A stretch of 63,686 bases of DNA, the filler included, from Phoronis australis (Eukaryota; Animalia; Phoronida): NCBI GenBank assembly GCA_002633005.1. It is 7 parts of 7 records of this genome, joined end to end, with 100 filler letters (N's around TTAATTAATTAA, not from the genome) between each part and the next. Parts side by side here need not be neighbours in the genome. Positions count along the whole stretch, not along the records: positions 53,735 to 61,360 come from NMRA01000132.1; positions 61,461 to 63,686 come from NMRA01003785.1; 5 more parts are not named here. One strand, written 5' to 3'. A program made the position numbers and the translations under genes. Numbering within the stretch: position 1 is the first letter of the stretch; every line of letters starts with the position of its first letter. Below are positions 53,735 to 63,686 of the stretch, piece after piece. The notes beneath the pieces were generated by a model. The model was given only the letters and a program-made list of their open reading frames with translations. It was not told the DNA's origin and did not search any database.

Positions 53735-54885
53735 AATTCCACGACAATGAATCAAATGCTTTCTCAAAATCAATCAGTAAAAGCAATCCAGGTTTGTTAG
53801 CTGCCTGGGCATAAAACATTAAACCATATAGCACTCGGATATTTTCGTTCATATTTCTTCCAGAAACGAAACCTGTCTGGTCCTTACTGATTACTTTTCC
53901 CAAAACGGATTTTAACCGTTCAGCTACTGCCGAAGAAGTCAATTTATATGTCACATTGAGTAAGGATATGGGTCTCCAGTTTTTCAAATAATGTTTACTT
54001 TTATCTGCTCTCCCTTAGGGATGCAGGTGATCACTCCCTCTTTCTGTGTTGAGGATAACTGGCCAACAGCAAAACCTGTATTAAGTGAGCGAACAACGAA
54101 ATGTCCAATGTCAGACCAAAAAATTTTCAAAAATTCCACTGAAAAACCACCAGAGCCTGGGCTTTTGTTGTTTTTCATTTTTTTCAAGCATTGTGTGACT
54201 TCTTCATATGTAAGAACACCTTCTAATTTTCCTTTTTCTGTCTCATTCAGCTTGGAGACACAAACATTATCAAGAAGAGTTTTTAAAGAAGTATTGTTAG
54301 ACTGTCTATATTTGTATAGATTTTCATAAAACGTTTTGGTTTCCTGAATAACCTCTTCTTCACTATTGGTTTTAGTATTGTCAGATTTCCACAAAAAAAG
54401 GCATAAACATACTTGTGTAATGCCTATTTTCCAAGTGAAGAAAATATTTAGAAGGCTTTTCACCTTCTTCAATCCATCTTGCTCTCGACCTAGTCATAAG
54501 ACCTCTTAACTTATTTTGCCTTAGCTCGGCAAGTAAATTATTTCTTTGTTCCAGTAGTTCCCTGTCAGGGCTTAGACTTTTTTCCAACAAGCTTATTTCT
54601 TTGATAAGTTGCTGTTCAACTCTATCACTTTTTCTTTTTAAGTAAGTAGCAAAGGAAATTGTTCTGCCGCGAATCTCCATCAACAACGTTTCAAGAAAAA
54701 GTTCATCATTTATAGACAATTGTAAATCTGAATTACTTGTACTATCAACAGTCTGAATGTTGTCAGTCATATGCTGTTGTTTAACTAATTTAATAGTATT
54801 CTTGACTGCAGCAACATACTCAGAGTTTTTTAGGAGAGAATTATTAAACTTCCAAAATGATTTTCTCCTCCTGGAAACATCACTT
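53735..54885 (-). mobile_element. Tx1/L1-clade non-LTR retrotransposon ORF2 fragment (linker plus RT N-terminus), frameshifted
   Basis: WKFNNSLL, RSRARWIEEGEKPSKYF, KSPGSGGFSVEF, KNWRPISLLNVTYK, QTGFVSGR and IDFEKAFDSLSW spread across three frames. Confidence 0.92.
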
Positions 54886-55269
54886 TAAAAAAAATATTCT
54901 TAATTGGTGAACTCATTTACATAAATTATGCAAATTGATGGTGTAATGACCTGCACACTGATTTCGTTAAATTAACTGACCACACAAACATGCATGCAAA
55001 TATCAAAATAATCTGCACTTGGCGTCCGGAAGGCCGTTAACATAAGCAGAAACAGAATTTTAAATAACAAAACAAGTAATGGTAGCCGTTAATTGCATAA
55101 ATTATGCAAATTTATCATGCAACAAATGCAAATTGATTTCATTAAGAAACAAAAAAAACATGGGCGTAAATATCACTGTAATTAGCCTGTGGTGCCCGAC
55201 ACCAGCAGCAGTAAGCACAAGTAGAACTTTCAAATAGCTACATTAGATGGGTGAAAACATCAAAATAAT

Positions 55270-56003
55270 CTACCTGCTACAAGGTATATGATGTAAGCGT
55301 AAATAGAATAGTAAATGCGAAATATACTTGTGGTTATATTTGAAAAAATATTTTTGTGGTGTCTCGGAGATAATTATTGTAATGTTATTTGTTCTCAAAA
55401 AAGGAATATTTTCCTGGAATTTGTTAATTTGGAAACATGGGCGAACTTCGGACATCTTAATTATCAGCCGCTCTGGTATAACTCTTCAGTTAGAATAAAC
55501 AAAAAGTCATTTTTAAGTCATGGAATGATATAGAAGTAAGATTTATGGATGATATAATGAATAATGACGGTATTCCTTAGATTACGCGATATTTTGTAAA
55601 ACGTTTGTGGTTCGACCTATGATAGCAACTTTTTATGGAATCAGGAAAGCAATATTGTCTGCCTCGGTCGGTGAGAGAAATACTACTGTTGTACAAGGTC
55701 TACTACATTATCTGGAAGTGTTACGTCACATAACAAAAATGAGAAAGGATGTAGAACAGTGTACGAAGTGTTTACTCGTAACATGAGGATAAAACCGAGA
55801 GCACAGAGTAAATGGATTTCTGAGATCGGTAATAAATTTTATGCGTTAGAAAACCGTGTTCTTAAATACTTTTAGTTTTCTGTCGATGTAAAAACTAAGA
55901 TGGTTTCAGTACAGACTTATTGATAGGATATTATGTACTAACTCATACCTATATAATATAGACGTCACGGTGTCTTGTACATTTTGTAAGCACCGGAAAC
56001 TTA
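55270..56003 (+). mobile_element. Tx1/L1 ORF2 C-terminal (zinc-finger region) fragment, decayed
   Basis: QPLWYNSSVRINKKSF...RWFQYRLIDRILCTNSYLYNI...CTFCK motifs with frameshifts; ends at a CAGGCTCGTAGCCA transposon-like terminus. Confidence 0.65.
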
Positions 56004-57940
56004 CAGGCTCGTAGCCAGGGCGTTCGGAGGGTTCGATCGAACCCCCCGCGGAAAAGGTTCGGCCCCAGTGTCTCTGTTAAAGCTGGGATATAAATGCACA
56101 GCAGCAACAAAATTGTGGCTGATACTCGTACTGCTAACTACAATGATAACCAAGTTAGTAATAATTTTGAATTCTGATTCAAAGTGCTTCACGTAATCAT
56201 TGGGCCGTACTCGGCCAACTTCGCCCGAGTGGTTGGCAATGCGTAGGTGACAAGATCGTGCAGACGATGATTAGACGAGGCTTTATGTTATTCATGGACA
56301 TTGAACGCGCGTGGTAACTACACCATAGGGTAACAAAGGAATCTCATGCGCGCACCCGGGAGCGGGGGGAGGGCTCGGGGGGTAGGGGCTCGAATGAGCC
56401 CCCCCATTTGGCGACGTGGGCAAAAAGGTCCGCCTCAGAGAAACAAAAATCCACTAAAAAGGCACAAATGCACAATTCACAGCTCCGGACGTGGTACCCC
56501 GTTTTTTTAGTCCTCCCGCTTTTTGGTTTGGAAAAGGTCCACATCGTTGGAAATTCGAGCCCCCCCCTATATTACAAGCAGGGTGCGCCCATGATTCTAG
56601 AAGTAAATGTCTCGCCTAGCTGAGAGAGCTCCCAAAATTCCAAAAAAGTGCGGTGTGAATGCCAAAAGCAAAACAGCAGAAAATAGGTTTATCGTCTGAT
56701 ATTTTGGTATACTTGACAGCATAGTACGATAAAGTGCAGACATTTTTAAATTTCGAAGTGAAAGTGATCGTCAAATATTTGTTCAACTAGTGTCCACCTT
56801 CGTGGATCGGTGGATTGACAAGCATGCGTGTTCGCGTGTGTGTTTTTCCGTTCTTTTAAAATTCAGTACACGTCGATGGTAAATTCAATATTGGCAGTCC
56901 TCCGTCGTTGTTCACAATCCGACAGTTCATTACTCTGATTGTCTGCTAATGAGTAGGAACTGACATGAATAAGGTTTTTTATTTTTGTCCAATGAACAAC
57001 CATATAAAGGATTAGCCAGCCAGCAGCTGTATGAAGACTGTCGTCAAAATACAGTATACATCTTTGTACCAAGGCTAATAAAGATGTGTAAGAGATGAAT
57101 AGTTATTAAAACATTGATTACATTGTTTACAAATAAGCTCAGTTCCAATTACTGCCAATCGTGATTCTTGAATCTAAGTAACGACTCCTTCTCAAGCAGG
57201 GACAACATCTAGGGCTGCGGCGACCAACGGTGGTTTTAAATTTTATAAGACTGAATGAGACTCTCTTACTTTGTGAAGACTGGCAGGGACATTCAGTTTC
57301 GGTAAGGCCATGCGCGTAGTTCCGTTGGGTGAGGTTAAGACGCAGTGTTCCTAAACCTTTCAGTCACGCTGTGAAATGATGCGACCTTGGCACGAATTTG
57401 ATAACTGTATCGTGATTGATAATTCATCATTAATGTTCCTACGTCATTCTCTTTTAGAAATGCAAGTACGTACTCACTTATCCGTATTCTTAAAGCATGT
57501 CGGCAATTTCGCATGCGCATGAAATCCATTTAAGTGTTTTATTAGCCGGGCGTTGTTCTCGGCTGCGGCCACAATTAACACGTAGAGCTTCTAATAACCG
57601 AAGTGTCGTTTATTTTTGCATGCAAAAGTATAAAAACTACACCTGAAGGTCCAAAATTTTAGATATTTTCGAAGTGAGTGAATCTTCGAAGTAGTGAACT
57701 TTTGGAATAGTTAACCTTCGGAGTAGTGAATCTTCGGAATAGTGGGCTGTTCCCATCTCCAGCGATGTAAGCAATTTACGTGTAACACGCAAATATACAA
57801 TCAGATAAACAATTACGTCAAGTCTTTCCCAATTAAATATTTCCGTCCGTGTATGTAACGAGGTGTAATCACTCGTTTAAGCACGACTGATTTGTAAGTA
57901 GGCTATGGCAAGAGGTAACGCGAGAACGTTCTCTTATTTA

Positions 57941-59302
57941 TCGTGGACCGTTGTGGTAGAAGTGTCTCGCGTAATCACGACCAAGATTTCGCTCGTGCTT
58001 TAAGACCGAAATCATTCGTCCATAATTACGCTCGTGATTACGATCGAGACTTCCCTCGTGTTTTAAGACCAAAATCATTCGTCCATAATTACGCTCGTAA
58101 TCACGACCAAGATTTCGCTCGCGTTTTAAGACCGAAATCATTCGTCTATAATTACGCTCGTGATTACGATCGAGACTTCCCTCGTGTTTTAAGACCAAAA
58201 TCATTCGTCCATAATTACGCTCGTGATTACGTCCGAAACTTCGCTCGTGTATTACAACCGAAATCGCTATATCCAATAAGAAATTCTTTTGTAGGTCATC
58301 CATTAAATTAATTCGAAGTTGATATTGATCTTGTTATGCAAATGGTTTGTTATTAAAATGTCTTAAATAAAGAGTGATTGATNGTAATCACGAGATTTCG
58401 CTCGTGTTTTAAGACCGAAATCATTCGTCCATAATTACGCTCGTGATTACGATCGAGACTTCCCTCGTGTTTTAAGACCAAAATCGTTCGTCCATAATAA
58501 CGCTCGTAATCACGACCAAGATTTCGCTCGCGTTTTAAGACCGAAATCATTCGTCTATAATTACGCTCGTGATTACGATCGAGACTTCCCTCGTGTTTTA
58601 AGACCAAAATCATTCGTCCATAATTACGCTCGTGATTACGTCCGAAACTTCGCTCGTGTATTACAACCGAAATCGCTATATCCAATAAGAAATTCTTTTG
58701 TAGGTCATCCATTAAATTAATTCGAAGTTGATATTGATCTTGTTATGCAAATGGTTTGTTATTAAAATGTCTTAAATAAAGAGTGATTGATTTACAACCA
58801 AAATTTAGAAACTTTACCTCATAACCCCCCTAAAATCGTTTTGAACAAATGTTTTTTTGGAATGACATGTGTCATCTGCAAGCATTGTTAAGAGTAAGAG
58901 AATGAAACTAAAAAAAAAATGAAAAAGCATTGTCAGACAACTTGCTAGATATACATTTTGCACATCCATATGTACTAAAACGGACCACTTTCAAGTGCCT
59001 GGGATGTTTAGGGCAGCAAGTAAAAACATTTCAGTAAGTCTTTGATGTTTTCAACCTTTTGAACTTATACACTTTGCACCTGAGATTTTGCCTTCTGAAT
59101 ACTTCATAACATGTGAAAAATACGAGCGTGAAATAACGAACGTAAAATTACGAGCGAAAAATATGAGTGTAAAATTACGAGCGCACAACTGCTTCAGAGA
59201 TCACAAACCAATTTCTCATTGGATATAACAATTTCGGTCGTAAAATACGAGCGAAGGCTGGGTCGTAATTATGCGTGTTACTTTCACCGGTACGGGCCAC
59301 GA
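57941..59302. mobile_element. TIR element flanked by TA, nested in a dispersed repeat; left TIR expanded by 63-bp tandem repeats
   Basis: Ends ta-tcgtggaccgt / acgggccacga-ta; extended inverted similarity ~90 bp; 63-bp units from ~57969-58265; paralog 40295-41163 lacks the insert. Confidence 0.7.
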
Positions 59303-59895
59303 TACTCACTGGGCCACATTACAACCTGCGTTCTTTGCGGGCAACCGTTGCATCCTGATTTCTGGTATTACATATTTCGTCTTATCTCAGGAATGTATAG
59401 CTGAGAGGACCCTAATTAAGCTGCGTCAAGGGCTTTGCCGAGAACTCTACAGCGTCGAGGTTTGCAAAATATCAAAGGTACACCGTTCTAGAAATTCGAA
59501 CCACCCTCGCGCAATGGTGCCTACGGGCCTGAACTTTGACATTTCCATATTGTGAATCATCTAGAACTTCTCGGGAAGATGTTTCTAGACTTTGCTTCAA
59601 TTATACGTAATTGCGAAAAAATAAAGTCGTTAATGTCCTTTTGGAATCAACGTTATATATTCATCAACAAATTTGATTTGGATTCTGACAAACCGTCAAA
59701 ATTGGAGGTGCGCTTGGCAAACATTTAATTTACGCTTTTGCGAATATTTTGAAAACAATTCTACATGTACTGGGTATACCACCGAGAAAGATATTTTTGG
59801 AAAGAATGAGCAGCTTGAAAGATTTAGAGATAGATGGTTAAATTTTACTCGTGTTGTCAAAAAGTAAGTGACGTTTGAGTGAGTGCTAGGATCTG

Positions 59896-60140
59896 GGGCC
59901 CGTTCCAACAAAACTGACTGAGCTAAGACAAATCTTAAAATTTAGTAAATTTTAAAATAAAAGTTAAATTTGTCTCAAAACCAATTCAAGAAAGAGATCT
60001 TAAGTTTGACTAAGTGTGACATAAGTTTTGTCTCAATTTTGACTAAATTACCGAATGTGGAAGTTTCAAAGTTTGGAAGTTAAGATGAATCTTAGACTTA
60101 AGTAAAAAATGAACTTCGGTCAGTTTCTTGGAGCGGGTCC
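59896..60140. mobile_element. PIF/Harbinger-type MITE
   Basis: TIRs gggcccgttccaacaaaactgac / gtcagtttcttggagcgggtcc; 3-bp TSD CTG at 59893-59895 and 60141-60143. Confidence 0.65.
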
Positions 60141-62445
60141 CTGGTCCACGGAAACTAAATTTGAACTCCCGGCGTTGTATTGAAGTATGAGTACATTTTA
60201 GGCACCCTTAATTGTCTCATTTGTCCCCAGCCACCAGAATCTGGACTATCAGTATTTGACAAGGGATTCGAAGCAGCCCCAAAGGACCAGGGATTACGAA
60301 ACCTCGCCGTTTTAAAACATACTTTCAAAGCATGACCTTCATCGAATGAATTTTCCCCAAACTGGACCATAGTAAAATGAATCTTGATTTTAAGGTCAGT
60401 GCAAACGGACAGGTACGGGCTGACCTTCCTTTCTTTGATGAATCACAGCTGAGCTGACCAGCGCTATCGTATTTTCACAACTTCAGCTGGCGTGAGCTGT
60501 CAACTCAAAGCTATAGTTCACTTATGCTGACAGCCCAGCTCTCAGCTATTTTGCGCTGGCCTAAGGGGCTCATTATCACTCTCCGTGAAATGTTGTGTAA
60601 ACGCGCTTACTCAAGTTGTAATGGCTGCCTCTCGGGGTTTGCCCCTCATCTATGGCGGTTGTGTCGATAGGAAGAAGGTAAGAGTTTTACGAAGTCGAAT
60701 TGCTTTGTGACCCTCACCAATAACGTTCACCTTCCTTCGGGCTTGATACTGGATGCAGATCTCCCTGTCCCTGGGGGCAGAAAGAACTAGACTACATGTA
60801 TCTCGACTTAGCCGTGTGTGTGCTGTTGGCACTCACATACACACCTGATTTCGAATTTTAGCCCGCCTTGAAATTCCCCATACATTCAGAATTCTTGCTT
60901 AGAAACTTTGGTAATGCCATTCTAGTGTCCTCCTGTGGTTCTAGGGTAAACCAGATTAACCTTTATTTAATTACTGACTCAGTCTACGGCACAAACCAAA
61001 CCATTCTGTCAAAGCTGCAATCCATTGTCCTACGCTGACTGCCCCCGCAAACAGTTTATTACACGGCAGAGTTTTTTTTGTAATTTGCAATCACTAAAAA
61101 AGTGGGGGGCTATAGCCCCGCCCCTCTGTGGTGCAGCGCCCACAGACCACGGGCGGTGTTAGACCGGGATCCCAGAGCTTTTTTGGGCATGAAAAGGTAA
61201 CCAATTTTCTTTGGTGCCACAGTGCTCTATGGGTATCCTGATGCTTGGAAATGGCCGTCTGGCAGGTTCGCTCTGGTGGGTGCGGTCAGGGGAGCCAAGA
61301 GAATGACACTCGAAAATTGAGCTAGATCAACTTTTCTGGTAACCACTTCAAACTGCCTTGNNNNNNNNNNNNNNNNNNNNNNNNNNNNNNNNNNNNNNNN
61401 NNNNTTAATTAATTAANNNNNNNNNNNNNNNNNNNNNNNNNNNNNNNNNNNNNNNNNNNNGCATTTACTCCCATGTATTCAGAGGACTAAAAAAAGGGCT
61501 AATTATCGCTCTTCAAACGTTCATAAAAAGTCAACGACTTAATGGATTTTGTTAATTTTTTTTTTGTTTGACTCTGTTTTTGATGTTTTATTAAATCAAT
61601 GCATTTTTAAATATTAAATAAGAATTTGAAATTTTTTGTCACGTCCCTAATACAACACGTATTCAAAGATTTGTACGACACGGATTTTGTAGAGATCCAT
61701 ACATATTTGAGTAGAAAATTCTGAGCATACTGGTTTTTAGTGTCCAATCTTATTACAGTGAGTGTGTTGGCCACTGGCACTGCCTGGTGGCTGGTGCAGT
61801 CAGTGGTGGATTCAACTTTCAAGACAAGTGAAGTGCGTGGATGAGATATGCTGTAGTCTGTGTAAGCCTACATAATTGCCTGAAACTTCAGTTGAACTGA
61901 AAGGAAAGTATACCACACAGAAAAACACTGTGGATTAAGAATAACAGTGTCGTAACATTTTAGGAAGTAGTGAACAACAACTAGACTTACTGGCATTCCA
62001 AGTAGCAACCTTCGCTGCCTGAGCGGCCATTTTGCAAATTCCGAAGAAAGTCGGAAGGTGACGAAAGTCATTTTTAGTATACTATTTTTTAAACACAACA
62101 TAGACATAAAATTACCAGAACCAAAGACTTTTGTGTTAAAAAACTAGAATTTACGCTTATTTTATCATCAATATAAATTGCACTACAACATTTATCTTCT
62201 CCGTAATTAGAAGGTCATGTGACAATTCAAAATGTCGGCCTCCATAACTTTGGAGGCGGAGCTGCTATGATCTGTTTTGGTTTTTGTATTTGATTGCTGT
62301 TTTGAAAGCACTCCTTCCTTTCCAAGATGCCAGTTGCAACAGTTACTAGCAGGTAAGGATGTTTCCTTTTCACAAGTCATGGTATTTGTTGAGTAGACAG
62401 TGGTTGTCTTATTCACTAAAGTGTGTGGTCAATGTACTCATGTAT

Positions 62446-63538
62446 CTAGCCAGCCAGCTAGCTGTATGATGACTGTGGTCAAAATACAGCTAGGTCCCAC
62501 TGTGTGTATTTCTTCCGTAGACCCTGAAATTGCACGCAGCCAGTGTAGTTCTGCTCGTCACCGCGCCGTGAAACTTGTATCAACATGTAAAGCTAAAGAC
62601 CGGACGGTGTGCATGCAAAATCTGGGAGTCAACCGACACTCACCTTGCCCGTTACAGCAGTTTAAGTGAAAAACAATGCAATAAACATCATTTTCTTGCA
62701 TAACTCTCTGCCTTTTCTAACAATGATAAGTATTTCGTCGTTTTGAAAACAGTACGCTCGTGTCACACGCACGCACCATTTCCGAACACTAGCCTCGGTA
62801 CAAAGCTGTATACTAAATATACAGCTTTGCACCAATGTGGGTAAAAAAGTGGTAAGATAAAATCTGACACAAAATTAGTGTCATTAAAAACTACAGTCTT
62901 CCTTCAGTAAACTAAATTATTTAACAGTGTTGGAAAAAATGGTATTCTACCGTTATTCTGCGTCTAAAGTTGTGGAGCAAACTTTAGCGACAACTTTTGG
63001 CGCCATGAAATATTGCATCACCTATTGGCCAGTTTCTTTTTTCGCTGATTCTTCAAGTGTTGTTCTTTCAAGAGCTTGCATTGGTGTCACAATAAATTAT
63101 TGGAACTGGTTTCACTTTATTATAGGTTTTCAGAATTTCGATACCGAAACACCGAATTTCAGAACAACTTGTGCTGCTGCGAGGTTGTTGCAAAAATTTA
63201 AGAAATGGCGCATGTGAATGACATGAGCGAACTGTTTTCAAAACGACGCCATACTTTTCGTTGTTAGAAAATGCGGAGAGGTACGCAAGAAAATGACATT
63301 TATTGCATTGTTTTTAACTTAAACGGCTCTAACGGGCAAAGTGAGTATCGGTTGATTGCCAGAGTTTGCATGCACCCCGTCCGGTCTTTAGCTTTACATG
63401 TTGATGCAAGTTTCACGGCGAGATGACGAGCAGAACTACCCTGGCTGTGTGCAATTTCGGGGTCTACAGAAGAAATACACACAGTGGTACCTAGCTGTAT
63501 TTTGACCACAGTCTTCATACAGCTAGCTGGCTGGCTAG
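62446..63538. mobile_element. Foldback-type element with ~300-bp terminal inverted repeats
   Basis: 62446-~62755 is a high-identity reverse complement of ~63232-63538 (seen also as mirror ORFs 62400+ and 63554-); no TSD recognised. Confidence 0.8.
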
Positions 63539-63686
63539 GGTAACACGTTCCCATGCCATTTCCTAAACTTTTTGCAACATCTCTCAGGAGATGATGGCAG
63601 TTTCACAGCAGCAAAATTTGTTCCGAAATTTGATTTGCTCTTTTTAAAATACTGAAAATTGTAACCAAATGAAATCATTTCCAATG

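Noticed and set aside
57938-58712. ORFs with 21-aa repeats (NYARDYDRDFPRVLRPKSFVH)
   Set aside because: Translation of the 63-bp TIR-derived tandem repeat, open on both strands; no splice or start context.
58383-58792. Second block of 63-bp repeats
   Set aside because: Near-identical copy of the preceding block after a single N; probably allelic overlap.
19114-61460. Recurrent TTAATTAATTAA flanked by 44 Ns on each side (19114, 32030, 35134, 46791, 53635, 61361)
   Set aside because: Identical 100-nt six-frame-stop scaffolding linker, not biological. Contiguity across these points is unverified.

Overview
AT-rich, intron-containing animal genomic scaffold (probably a marine invertebrate; taxon not determinable from the sequence alone). 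It is broken by six artificial 100-nt N/TTAATTAATTAA/N linkers, three plain N gaps and several single-N overlap duplications. Four spliced genes were reconstructed by hand. (1) + strand, TATA-driven gene for a secreted, very acidic protein with 8 canonical EF-hands, built from four symmetric phase-2 exons (~10.4-18.7 kb). (2) 5' part of ANAPC4 (- strand), with one splice acceptor amplified into a 14 x 44-bp array. (3) 5' part of ARHGAP19 (+ strand), head-to-head with ANAPC4. (4) 3' part of a divergent carnosine-synthase-like ATP-grasp ligase (- strand). The rest is mostly repeats: tandem Helentron/DINE-like elements, CR1/L2 and Tx1/L1 fragments, a 5'-truncated Penelope element whose inverted terminal repeats each carry a minimal hammerhead ribozyme, MITEs/foldback elements, tRNA-derived heads and mini/satellites. 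Protein identifications rest on recalled family motifs, not on database searches.
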